Source of the DNA: Guillardia theta CCMP2712
Lineage: Eukaryota; Protista; Cryptophyta
DNA: 64,000 bases
Assembly (NCBI RefSeq): GCF_000315625.1
Contig: NW_005434644.1
Coordinates: 130,973 to 194,972, forward strand
Reading direction: 5' to 3'
The notes under the pieces were generated by a model, which was not told the origin of the DNA, did not search any database, and worked only from the letters and a program-made list of their open reading frames with translations. Each line of letters begins with the position of its first letter. Position 1 is the first letter of the stretch. The translations under genes were made by a program, and so were the position numbers. Positions 1 to 12,346 of this stretch are shown one piece after another.

Positions 1-40
<40 letters not shown>

Positions 41-133
41 ATTATCATCTGCTCTCCTCTTGACTCTGTTCCTCTCCCTACCCTTCTCGCTACTTCCCCT
101 CTCTCTTCTGTTCTCTCCTCCTTATTCTCCACA

Positions 134-556
134 GGTCGACAGATCAGGACGTGGAGCAGATGATACGAGACGTAAACAGCATCGCGAAAATGTCGACGAT
201 GCGAAACCATCCCCAGGTGATGATGATGATGATGATGATGATGGAGATGATGGAGATGATGATGATGATGGAGATGATGGAGATGATGATGAGAAGGGGG
301 AGGTAGGGATGGAGGGAGGAGCAGGAGGAGGAGGTGGTGGAAGCATAGGATGGTTGACTTCCTATCAGAGCGACGCCTCTCAGTCTTCTACTCAACCATC
401 TCCCAGCAAGGAATCTTCGTCGAAGCGAGTGAGGGGATGGAAGGCGTTTTGTCGTGGCTGACAGTCGTTTACAGCTCAAGAGCTCGAGCAATGTTGCCAA
501 CATCATGCGACTGAGTAGGAGCAGAAGATCCGACAGGTAACAAGCATCAGCAGCAT

Positions 557-588
<32 letters not shown>

Positions 589-2128
589 GGAGGAGGAGGA
601 GGAAGGATGTAGTGGAATTCTTACGGTTCTCGCTTTCATTTCAGGAACATCTCACTGCTGCCGCCCTCCCACCTAGTAGCAGAGGAAGGAAGATCTAATC
701 TGGAGGAGGAACAGGGGAGCGAGTATTATTGCTGCTGGAAGTACCTGCGAACTGATGGGAAAGTTGTGGACGGAATGCAGCACAGGTTGCTTCCTTCTTC
801 CTCTTCCTCTTCCTCTCCCTCTCCCTCTCCCTCTCCCTCTCCCTCTTCCTCTTCCTCTTCCTCTTCCTCTTCCTCTTCCTCTTCATTCCTACTTCGTCCT
901 GCTCTCCGCTCTAAAATGTGCTTTCTTTCTCGATATTTTTCTTTCACCTGTCCTTTACACTCCTTCCCTTATCCTCTCTTCTCCCTCCTCCTTCCTTCCC
1001 CCCTCCTCTTCCCTGCTCCCTGCTCCCTTCCCCGCCCTCCCTTCTCCCTCCTCCTCCCTCCTCCCTCCTCCCTCCTCCCTCCTTCTCACCATCTGCTCTC
1101 TCAGAACTCTTCAACCCTTCCAGTCTCGTTGGCACTCCCTCAGCGTCGAGAGCGACGAGTCCTTTGTCGCTCCGACAGTCTTCGAGAGCAAGACCAACCA
1201 GAAGAACACTCGTCTCAAGATGCTGCGCCGCATGTCCGATCTCGAGAAGTTGAGCAGGAAGGGAGATGGGACCAAGACACGGGATATGAAGATCAAAAGA
1301 AGGGACGCGGAAAGGGATCTGATGAATCTCATAAACGACTACGGCATCGGAACGAGAGGGAAGAAGAAGATGGAGGAGGGAGAGGAGGAGGAGGAGGAGG
1401 AGGAGGTGCTCAGTGGATGGATGGGCAAGCTGAACCAAGGAGCAAAGGGAGACAAGGAGCAGGACTGGAGGGATCGTCTCTTCGTCGTCCATGAGCACAC
1501 GCTCTGCTACGTCTCGGAGAAGTTCAGCGGGACTCTCAACGACGCGCTTGACCTGAAGGAGGCAGAAGAGGTCGAGTTGTGCTCCTTCTCCTTGCCCAAA
1601 AGATCATCATCCTTTACCATTCGCACTTTTGACGGGAAGGACCTTGTGCTGTCGTGCAAGGACGAACAGGACAGGACGAGATGGGTGAAAGGAATTCGGA
1701 CGACGATGAGGACGATAGAGAGCGAGAGGGCGGACAAGACTGAGAAGGAGGAGGAGGAGGAGGAGGAGGAGGAGGAAGAGGAGGAGGAGGAGGAGGGACA
1801 GGGAGAGCGGAAGAAAGAAGAGCCTGGACGACGAGATGAGTCGAGACGATCCGAGAGAGGAATAGTCTTCGCTCACCATCACGAAGAAGTGTCAAAGGAG
1901 GAGGATCAGCAGCAGGAGGAGGAGGAAGAAGAAGAGGAGGACGACGACGACGAAGAGGAGGACATCAAATCCACTTGTGCTGAAGGAGGAGCTGCAAGGC
2001 TGAGAGGGGACGAAGTTGGGGGCGAGAGCAGAAGTCGCTATGCTACAACCTACGAAGGATGCTCCGGTCAAGAGGAAGCTAGTCACGGTGGCAGAGAAGA
2101 GGAGGAAGATGAGACACTCAACCACGAT

Positions 2129-2175
<47 letters not shown>

Positions 2176-2269
2176 AGAGGATGTAATGGACTACCTGCCA
2201 CAGACGGAATGGACAGCAGATCCGAAGCAGGTCAGAGAAGGAGCAGGGGGGGGCCGAAGGGAAGACGTT

Positions 2270-2319
<50 letters not shown>

Positions 2320-3314
2320 AGGGCCAGCAGAGGTGAGGGGAGCAGAGGCGCTGGAGGAAGACAAGGCCGGAGTGAGCTCAGGAGAAGAAGGAGAAGACTA
2401 CGGGGAAGACTTCGACCAGGAGGAGGAGGGGCGGGAGCATCAGGAGCAAGAAGCTGCAGAGATACAGAGTCAGCTTGAGGACACAGAAGTTGAGGAGGAG
2501 GAGGAGGAGGAGGAGGAGGAGGAGAACACTAGGCACCATGTGCAGCGGGGAGCAGGGGAAACAACACCGGGTGAAGAATCTCAACCAGACATGGCAGAAA
2601 GCGGTAAGGAGAGTTATGGCGATGACTGGGACGAAGAGGAGGACAGGATTCCGAATCAGCAAAAGGAAGGAGATCTGTCGGAGGAATCGGAAGAAACAAC
2701 GACGGTCGTGGAGCAGGCGAATGAGGAAGAAGCAGGAGCTGCTAGTACCAGCTCCGGGGGGCACGGGGAGGCGTATGGGGAAGACTTCGACGACGATGAG
2801 GATGAGGATCGTGGGGGGGCAGCAGAGGTGAGGGGAGCAGAGGAGCGGGAGAAAGGCAAGGCCGGAGCGAGCTCAGGAGGAAGAGAAGACTACGGGGAAG
2901 ACTTCGACCAGGAGGAGGAGGAGGAGGAGGAGGAGGAGGAGGAGGAGGAGGAGGAGGAGTCCTCTACACATCCTCCACCACAGCTGAGGGATGGAGGGAG
3001 AGCGGGAGGCAGTGTAGCAGGGGACGCAGAGGGCATCTCTTTCCTCCGACTCGCCTCTCAGAGTACTATGCCTCTCTCGCTCCTCTCCCTTCCTCGCTCC
3101 TGACCTCTTGCCTTTTAGGTGGGGAGGCCTGCAGGGCATGCATGCTCATACAGAGGAACGTCCGATGCCACCTTGCTCGCAGGATGTTTATGGCGGAGCT
3201 CCTCCGGCGGGAGGGTGCTACCGCCGCGGTGGAGGAAGGGGAGGAGGACGAGGACGGTTACAGCGGGGACGTGGACAGGAAGGCAAGGCGGGGGAAGAGG
3301 AAAGCTTGATCTAG
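134..3314 (+). CDS. PH-domain protein with long Glu/Gln-rich acidic tail (multi-exon, probably starts upstream of the window)
   Basis: ORF 755-3103 contains a PH-like segment at ~1405-1720 (VLSGWMGKLNQG...WRDRLFVVHEHTLCYVSEK...FTIRTFDGKDLVLSCKDEQDRTRWVKGIR), followed by poly-E/Q tracts. The N-terminal part of that ORF is a pyrimidine-rich intron. Gene ends are approximate. Confidence 0.7.
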
Positions 3315-4688
3315 CTCCCGTTACTCGATGAAATACCTCAGTACTGCATGTCTCCGATCAGACCATAACGGTCACTAACGGTCTGAGTGCCCGACTGTAG
3401 TAGTACGGTAGTCGGTCACGCCGGGTGCCATCGTGACGGAGACGGCGAGGCGGACCCGAGGGCAGCCAGGCACGGCCCCCGTCATGAGGCGAGCCCGGCA
3501 GGCGCGGGCGGATCCAAAGGTCATTGGGCAGGTAAAAGTAGTTGTTGGTCGGCCTTCTAAAACCTTTTTAACAATAAAGTGACATAAATAGAATCTTAAA
3601 TCGTTTTGTTTGCCTAAAACATTATTGCACCTCCGGCAGGGTTAAATGAGGGCTCACTGATTGGAATTGCCGGCGCTGCGGTCCATACTCTTGGTGTCAC
3701 CAGTTGAGGAGGGTGGGGGTGGTGAAGGGAGGGGTACATCATCCCTTGAAGTGGACTAAACACCACGGGAAGAGACGGGGTCAAGGCTAGATGGGGTGGA
3801 TGGAGGGGGTGGGGGTTGTTTTTTGCCCGGCAGTCGTGGTTTGTCAAGTCACCCTCAGGTCATCTCGGGATGGTACTCGGAAAAGGGGGTAGGGGTCATG
3901 TCAGCGGCTCCCAGACCCGGACTACCATAGTCCCCAAGTACTACAAGTACCCGGTGGTCTAAGTTAGAAAACCAGGTACATCTGTCGGAGGGGTACTTCG
4001 AAAAGAGCTGGTTCAGGTTGGGAGGCTGTCGGTTGGATTTCTGGAGGGGTAAACATCAAGTTCTGGATGACCCCCCTGAGGGAAACAGGGGATATTTAAG
4101 GTATTATGGAGGGGTGAGAAAGTATCATATAATAGCCCCTACCCCCCCATTCGAGGCAACAAGTCAACAAAAAGAGCAGTCCCCTACAAATGACCACCCC
4201 ACCCTTGCTCTTCCACCTACGGTGTGAAGGGAGGGTACATTTACAGCCGTGCGATTACTAAGTGCTAGGGGTAGGGTCAAGCGCTTCGTCTGCGAGAGAA
4301 TGACCGAGGAACGATTGAGGACGGATGAAAGATGGGTGGAGAGAGGAGCGGGAGCGTGAGGAGAGGGGAGAGGGCAGAGGGGAGAGGGGCGGGAGAGGGA
4401 GAGACAAGAGGAAACAAGAGGAAATGGTGTATTTAGTTGAGATGTGAACATGAAAATTAAGTCAGGAGAGCGCAGGTTGTTCAGGAGGCAAGTCTAAATA
4501 CATACAAGAACTGAGTAGCTGAAGAGAAGGAAAGCTTTGTTGACGAGGCCACATGGGCTTCTTTCTGCAACCATTTTGATCTGCCTTCTTTCTCAGTGGG
4601 TGCATGCGTTGTTTGTAGTAGATGAGGGTTTTCTCCGCTGCTTTGCCTGCAACTGCTCTTCATCATTGCTGACATCCCGTGCGGCAGA

Positions 4689-5794
4689 ATGGGAGCAGAT
4701 TTGAGTTGCTGTGAGAGTAGCAAAAGCATGCCAACGCCATGGCCTCTGCACAAAGGAGCGGCGAGAGGCGACATGGCGGGATTGTGGAAGGTTCTCAAGG
4801 AAGAGCCATGGAGAGTCAACGAGCAAGACAACCAGGGGAACACGATGCTGCATTACGCTGCCTGGTACGGGCATCTCAAGACCATCAAGATGCTACTGAA
4901 GCTGGGAGCTCTACCAGACATTGTGAACCGAGAAGGCAGAACGCCACTGCACCTGGCGTACAGCAACAGCGAGATGGAGTGTCATGCTTGTTTGCTCGAG
5001 GCCTCGATCCTCACCAGCGAGAGCAGGAGCACCAAGATCTCAGACATGTCCATGTACTCGTCGACAAGTGAAAAGGGGAAGTCAACAACTGCCAGCTCCC
5101 CGATGATGTCGTTTGTGCCTGCGCAGTATGACTTCACTCCGAGGGATTCGACATTGTTTTCCATCCAGGACACCCGAGCCAGCGACGAGAGCCGATCTAT
5201 GTCGCGATGTGTTTCTTCTGAGGGTCAAGTCAGGAGACCTGAGCAAGACAGCCTTCAAAGTGCCAAGTCTCATGCTCAAGCTCCTGAAGTCGCGCGATTC
5301 TCTTCCGTGCTTCCTGTGGCCACCTGGTATCTGAGAGAGACCTCGACAACGACCACCACCCCTCACTCCACCGTCAGCGACGACCTGAGCTTCCCGTCAA
5401 CAGCAGGTTCTTCCTGTGCGGGCAGTCCTCTTGGTACAAGGGGAAGAAGAAGAAGGTGCCAGCTCCGATGAACAACCTCGAGGCGGCAGTGCACGTGCCC
5501 CAAATGCCGAACCCTCACGAGTTGGACTCGCCAATGGCGCTGAAACCAGAGAAACTCGTCCTGACGCCGGCGAAGCAGCGGCTGATGGACATGGGTCACT
5601 ACATGAACGCTGACGTCCCTCGCGGCCCCGTCAACTCGCAGTGCCAGGACACAATCATGGAAGTGAGCAGCGACGGGCCGGACGGGAAAATCGACCCCAG
5701 GCTTGCAGCCTTCGGTAAGATGAGGAGAGACAGCGGGAAGTGGAGGAGCGGACCCTTCGGTCTCCGCCTGAGAAGAGTAAGCGGGAAGGCTTGA
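4689..5794 (+). CDS. Ankyrin-repeat protein with Ser-rich C-terminus (at least one intron, ~5373-5425)
   Basis: Ankyrin consensus motifs PLHKGAARGD, QDNQGNTMLHYAAWYGHLKTIKMLLKLGA and NREGRTPLHLAY. The N-terminus MGADLSCC resembles a myristoylation/palmitoylation motif (inference). Confidence 0.75.
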
Positions 5795-6104
5795 AGGGGA
5801 GGAGAACTGACTGTGCTTGATGTTTGTAATCTGAGGAATTTGACTGATGGAATTGAATTCAATTGAGTTTGTGGAGTTTCGCTCCACGACGTGTAATCTA
5901 TTAATTAAACTGCTGCAAAGTTAACTAGAGTTGAACAAGTCCTGCATCTCCTGCTGCTGATTAACTGGAGGCGGCAGGAGAGGGATGACAAGCGAGTGTG
6001 TTCAGGGCTGGGTGAGAGGAAGAGAGGAGAGACGGTGAGAGGAGCAGGAGGAGGAGGAGGACCAGCAGCAGCAGCAGCAGAAGGAGAAGGAAGAGGGGAA
6101 GGGC

Positions 6105-6856
6105 TCAGTGGATTGCGATGAGCGTAACTTCGAGGTAGAGCGTCGCATTAGGAGGGATCAGCCCCGGGATCCCTCGCTCTCCATATGCGTAGTCTGCGGC
6201 AACTCCATCAGAACCGTTAGCACCTCCAGCTCTACCCCACCTGCTGTCATCGTGATCCTCGCCTTCTCGCCAAGGCTGAGCTGGGAAACTCCTTCGTCCC
6301 AGCCCTTGACAACCTGCGCCGGCTCAGCTGGGCAAGACGGTGGGGTAGAAGGTGCAGACCTGCCCTGAGTGGATCCTGAACTTGAAGGGCCTGCCTGCTG
6401 GTTTCTTCGTCTTGGGGTCGATGGGCCCTGCAAGGGAGCCGATCACATGGAGGAGAGAAGAGTGGGAGGGAGACGAGGAGGAGCGGAGAATGACGGTAAA
6501 AGGGGAGTGAGGGTCGGGTGAGGAGGAAGAAGATGACATTGGAGTGAAGTGGAGGGGGCGGGGGAGAAGCGGGGAGCAAGATGAGGGAACCTCTGTCCCA
6601 AGTGGAGTCGAACTTGTGCTCTCCTGCGCGGTCTAGGTAGCCTACGTAGTGCAGGGTGACAGTCTGGCGCTTAGATGGGTAGTGCTTCCCGTCCCCTGCC
6701 TGAATACTCTCAACTGTAATCCCCATGTACTGTGAGAGAAGAGTCAGCATTCATGGCGGGAAAGAGGGAAAGAAAAGATGAGCGATCATGCAAGTGAAGA
6801 GGTGGAGGAGGAATAAGATACAGTGCCGTGACCGTCCTTCCGATATTCTTTCCCAT
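6105..6856 (-). CDS. FKBP-type peptidyl-prolyl cis-trans isomerase (FKBP12-like), multi-exon
   Basis: Spliced product MGKNIGRT|YMGITVESIQAGDGKHYPSKRQTVTLHYVGYL...KFDSTWDRG...PFKFRIHSGQ|VVKGWDEGVSQLSLGEKARITMTA|DYAYGERGIPGLIPPNATLYLEVTLIAIH* has the FKBP12 signatures and GT-AG introns. Confidence 0.92.
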
Positions 6857-6898
6857 GCTTCCCTCACACTGTAGATCTCTGCTCTGGGATAATACGAT

Positions 6899-6948
<50 letters not shown>

Positions 6949-6971
6949 ACCTCAGTCTTCAAATCCCTCTC

Positions 6972-7071
6972 NNNNNNNNNNNNNNNNNNNNNNNNNNNNN
7001 NNNNNNNNNNNNNNNNNNNNNNNNNNNNNNNNNNNNNNNNNNNNNNNNNNNNNNNNNNNNNNNNNNNNNNN
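6972..7071. other. Assembly gap (100 N)
   Basis: Run of N flanked by (CCTGCT)n and (CCCT)n microsatellites. Confidence 0.99.
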
Positions 7072-7574
7072 AAGTGAGAGAGTGGAGGAGACGACTCCCT
7101 CCCTCCCTCCCTCCCTCCCTCCCTCCCTCCCTCCCTCCCTCCCTCCCTCCCTCCCTCCCTCCCTGCTCCTCCTGCTCCTCCTGCTCCTCCTGCCTCCCAT
7201 CCCCACCCCTCTCTTGCCGCCTTGCTAGTTTCGCCATCTCTTCGTCGGTTACCCCGAGCGCGCGCCCACCTCGCTTCTAATAGCTACAATATCTATAGGA
7301 CAGCAAAAGTTTATGGACAAGTAAATAGTACGACGGGAGCAGGACAGCAATAATCATACAGCGCGGGTGCGATTCCAGTGCAGAGAGGTTTTTGAGTAAA
7401 GTAGTGTGTGAGTTGTCAGAGCAGGAGCGTGCTGTACGTGTATGCTAGTGAGAGCAGATCTCAACGTGTGTGTTTGCTGCTCCAGTCTCTCGAAGCTTTC
7501 AACGTGTAGCACGATTGGTCAGTTTGTTCAAAGGCCCACAGTATAAGTCTATCAACATCAACATTTCATTGATT

Positions 7575-10500
7575 TCAAGTCTTATACTCCAAGATGTCGC
7601 TACTAGTCATTGTGATGATCCCATTCGTCACTGCGAACTCGACCAGCTGTGAAGTCACAAACTGTCAGTCTAGACCTATTCCTCCTCGCTCCTCGCTCCC
7701 TCGCTCCTCCCTCGCCCTTCCCTGCATCCGTCTATCGCCCTTCCCACCATCTCTTCTCCCACCGCCGCCTCCTTCTCACCTCTCGGCCCTCATTTTCTGC
7801 ATTCTGTCGCTCGAGATGACATCTGTCATCACTGCCACATCCGAAGATCCTGATGCCACAAGCTGCGTCACCTTCCCTCTTCCTCCTCCTCCTTGAAAAC
7901 CTCCACCTCCTGCTCCTGCTCCTTGCACAACCCATCTCTTCCATCCTCCCGCCTCCTCTCGCATGGCACGATAAGGCTTACCTGACAACCTCACGAGCTG
8001 GAGAGCAGCGTGATAGACGGAAGGATTCGAATCGTCTGCCTCCACCTCTGTGGCATCCAGTCAAAAAAGACGACGAGGACAGAGAGAAGCAGAGATGGTG
8101 GTGATGTCAAGATGAGAGGAGGTAAACGACGAATATGAGCAGGAGCAGGAGCAGAAGAAGGAGAAGGAGGAGCAGGAGAAGGAGAAGGAAGAGAAAGCAG
8201 GAGCAAAAGTAGGTGAAGGAGGAGGGGGATGGAGAGGAGGAAGGTGGAGGATGGAGAGGAGAAGGAGAAGTAGGAGAAGCTGGAGGGGGAGGAGAACGAT
8301 GGGGGAGGGGGGGGGGCACATACTTGTTGGGAAGACCCTCCTTGCCATGACTTGTGACAATTGAGCTCGGGAGCCGTTGGAGATCGATCTCAAGATCTCA
8401 ACTCGGCGATCAGCTGAGAAATCATCCAATCTCGGGATGCTGACTAGCCGATCCTCGTAGCCTCCAGCTGGGAAAACTTTGTCGTAGCTCTCGCCCTTGT
8501 GGACAGCAGCGTCAGTGAGGAGGAGGAGGAGGAAAAAGATGGAAGGAGAGAGAAGAAAAGGAGCGAGGGATCCAGAGGGGTAGAGGTGTTCAAGGAGAGG
8601 ACAGAGGAAGAGGAGGGAGGGGAGGAGGGAGAGAGCTGAAAGGAAGCGGAAGCGGAGGAGGGAGGTGACGGACGAGAACGCGGACCATGAGGGCCAGGAG
8701 AACATCTCCGTGCTTGATCATCACTGACAGACTCCGCTCGTCCACGGCAGCAGCAGCAGCGACTAGCACTCCTTCTTTGCTCTCGCGATCCAAGATCTGA
8801 GGAGGTGGAGGAGAGGAGAAGAGGAGGAGAGGAAGGGAAGAGGAGAGGGGGATCAAGCGAGGAGGAGGAGGAGGGGAGGAGGAGGAGAAAAGTTGAGAAG
8901 AGCGTCAACATCACTGGCAAAACTCAGTCCCACTCCCTCACCATCACAGGGGATCCCGAAGACACAGCAGCGATGGCGCGGGTGACAGCCAGCTGGCCAG
9001 CAGCTGAGATGTTCCTGGACGACTCTGCTCTCCTGCTGAACTTGGCGATCTCGGCGTTGGACTCGACAACTGAAGACTCCTGGCGGTTGACGGCGATCAG
9101 GAAAGTTTGACGTTGCTAGTCAAGAACCTTCTCGTCGCTCCGTTGAGCTTCCGATGGCCATTGGTCGAACTCGATCGCGTGTGACATCCTAAGGATCTGC
9201 TCGCTGCGTCACCATGGCGATAGGGCGGAGATCCATAGGCAAGATGAGGACAGTCATCATCATCATCATCATCATCATCATGTGTGTAGCAAACAACAGC
9301 GCCAACACCAAAACACACTGGTGAGAGATCGTAGGGTTTAGGAGTTATCAACGGCATCTTAGCACACCAACAAGACAACTCCCATCCCTCGACATCACCT
9401 TAGCACGGAGATATTTCTCGTTGTAGACGTTGGGCTTGACCACATGGGGCTTGGTCCCTTGCCACAGAACTCAGCCCTTCCACACAACTCCCTCCCCTCC
9501 ACCACCTGCGATGGTCACGCCTAGCTCTGACAGCTGGCGGATCTTGAACGGGTTGTTTGTCATGAGCTGAATGGACTAGCACACGGCGGCTCAGAGCTGG
9601 CAGGAGCGCGCAGACGCTGCGTCACCTTGATACCCATGTCCTCTAGGATGTAAGGGATACACTCGTAGCTCCTCTCATCGTCTCCGAAACCTGCTCGACC
9701 CCGTCATCCAAGTGCACTGCTTCAGACTTCTCCTCCTTCACCCAGCTGTCTGTTGGCATCCACAGTGTCCAGCCCTCCGTCCTGCATCACGTCTCGACAT
9801 CATCGTCTTCGCCACGAGAGAGCAAAGCCGGTGGGGGTAGAGGGAGAGGAAAGGAGAGAACGTGAAAGGGGGAGGTGCGAAGAAGCATCAAGTACCTGGA
9901 GATGGTACGCCGCCACCTTGTTTGCCAATCCGATCCCCCTTCCCTCCTGCAACACTAGTCAGCAACGTCGTTAATCTCAGCAGAACGCCACCTGAGGCAT
10001 GTAGATCAACGCTCCTCCGAACTGATTGATGTAATCCAATGCAAGGTCCAGTTGCTCCTTACAGTCACACCTGCACCGCCGATCATCAGAACAGCTGCCC
10101 CTCCCTCCCTCCTTCCCTCGCTCCCTCCTCTTTTTCCATTTCCACTCCTCTGCCCTTCGACTCCCTCGCTCTCGTCGCATCATCACCTCTTCGACCCTAG
10201 AACCTCAGAGGTGTAACATTGATCGTGCACTCTGACAGCCACAGGATCCTGCACACGCCAGTTTAAAAGGCCGACTGCCAACTCATCAACCGTCTCACCA
10301 CAAACTTCTTCGCTTGTTTGTAGATAACAACAGGCTCCATCTCCGTCCATTCCAACACCCGCTCCCCCTCCCTGATAACGACTTTCGCCCCCTTGTATCG
10401 ATATGCTCTCATGCGGAAAACCCCCCTGGCAAAGAGCAAATCAGCTCGAGCAAGGGAAACAGCAAGATCGCAGGTCGCTATTCACCTGTCTGTTGGCAGC

Positions 10501-10975
10501 TCGCATTCAGCTATGAACTTGGTGGACCCCTCAGGGTAGTGAAACTCATCGTCGCTGCCATCCGTACACACGCCTGCACTCAGATCAGCTCCTCCTTCCT
10601 GCCGAGACGGCAACAACCTCCTGAGATCGTGGACGCGAAGGTTTTCGTCGGCAGCTTCCCGTCCATCCACCTCTTCCCCGAGCTCAGGAACGAACTGATG
10701 TGGCTCAGCTTCGCTCGAACTCTCCTATCAGCATGACGATCCCCCCCGTGTAGCATCTGCCAGCAGGTACTCTCTCGTCCCTTCAGTCCACGGCTCTCCT
10801 TCACCCCCATAGGTATCCCTCGCAACCTATTCCCCTCCAAGAGCGCTGGTCTGAACCAGCAGAAGCACGCGGCTCCCGCCGGCTGCTCCACAGAAAGCGA
10901 CGCCATGGACTCAGTCTGAAGGGAGAACGCGAATCCGAGCAGGAAGGGAAGGAAACGCTTCCAACCTCGATTCAT
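7575..10975 (-). CDS. ribA: GTP cyclohydrolase II (RibA) with N-terminal targeting-like extension and C-terminal degenerate DHBP-synthase (RibB)-like domain
   Basis: Spliced exons give VRVHDQCYTSEVLGSKR|CDCKEQL...IYMPQ|EGRGIGLANKVAAYHLQ|DGGLDTVDANRQLG|FGDDERSY...SIQLMTNNPFK...NVYNEKYLRAK, the GCH II motifs including three Zn-binding Cys. Downstream exons resemble RibB. The last splice junction is unresolved. Confidence 0.88.
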
Positions 10976-12346
10976 CTTCGCAATAAACACAGACCAGGTA
11001 AAATTAGACAATCACAACAGGATGCCCTGTCGTCCCTTACACGTACACTTCGGAGCTATGGCATGCAGGCAGGAAGAAACCATGTCATCGCAAACGAGCC
11101 ATCTGCAACTCATATATCAGTGATTGCAGTCAATCAAGGTCAGAGCGTCAATAGATAATACACAGAAACCAGCTGCTCTTGCGACTGTTTCAAAAGGATT
11201 CAATTTCGTACGGTTTGTGTTGGGGGCGGTGATGGTACAAGAAACGTAGGAGGAGAGGAATTCACACACAAATATAATCAATATCAAATCGCGTGTGGTC
11301 CGTGGGAAAGTAATGCGGCATGCGGCAAGACAAAGAGGTAGCGATACGCGAGCCAACGAGCAAGTTTCGGAGCCTTCTGGCCCCATGATAGGCACACGAT
11401 CAGGACAAGAGCAGCGAATAATGCAGAATGTCAATAGGAGACATCCAGCACATAAGGGAAAAATCAAATTAAGAAGGTGGGAAGCGAACAGCCAAGATCG
11501 CAGGGATCGTTTTCGAGTGCATGAAGGATCCACTTTTAACGGAATGTACATGGCGGTGAAGCGGCGATGAGAAGAAAAGTTGAGGAGAGAGTGGAAAGGG
11601 AGGAAGAGGAGGTTAGCAGTGAGAGGAGGAGGAGGGAAGGATGAGGGAAGCAGGGAGGAGGGAGCTACAGGGAGGAAGGAGGAGGAGGAAGGGAAGGGGG
11701 ATAGAGGCGGCTGAACGTGCATGCCGCTGCTGTCAGCACATAAATTGCTTTGTAAGCTTTTTATGGTTATAAATAATCACAAAAATATATTAAAGAACAA
11801 ATCATTGCAAAAACCTGTCCTTTAACAAAATTAAATATATGTTGATCCATAAAAAGGGATATGATATTCGAAAAGCAATCATATCGTCATTTAAATCGAT
11901 TTATGTTGATGGTTTTTAAATATTTCAGTTTTAGAGCGGAATGTTCCCTGGAATGGGTGATGTAGGATGATGATGTTCAAAGGCTCAATGTGGGTGGGGG
12001 TAGTGCTCAGGTGTGAGAATGAGGGGTTTATGCTGGTTGTAAAGGGGGTGGTGTTAGAAGAAAGTAGGGTAGGGGTACTTGCGCAAACCAGCAAAGTAGA
12101 TTTCATGATGTCCCGAACTGTTTCAAATTATTCGAGTTAATTTGGCCTTTGAAAGATTAAAGTTTGATGAGCTACAAATCTCAATTCCACTCTTTCGTGT
12201 CTTTCGGCGAGGAGCATGGCGATGGCGATGGAAGCGTTCCCTTGTTTGATTCCCTTCCATGCATGAAGGTGGAAAGTGCAGAACGTGCTTAGTTGCTTGC
12301 TCGCAGTTGTGAGCATCGCAGTTGTGAGCATGGTAAGACAGAGAAA

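Noticed and set aside
755-1113. N-terminal LPLPLP.../SSSS part of ORF 755-3103 and overlapping ORFs
   Set aside because: Pyrimidine-rich microsatellite intron read through by chance; the exon likely starts after the cag at ~1113.
7575-10975. Functional link between the riboflavin gene and the flavoprotein fusion
   Set aside because: They are ~40 kb apart, probably target different compartments, and show no sign of co-regulation.
11117-11722. 201-aa minus-strand ORF upstream of ribA
   Set aside because: Begins in a CT-rich low-complexity tract and has no recognisable motif; probably non-coding.
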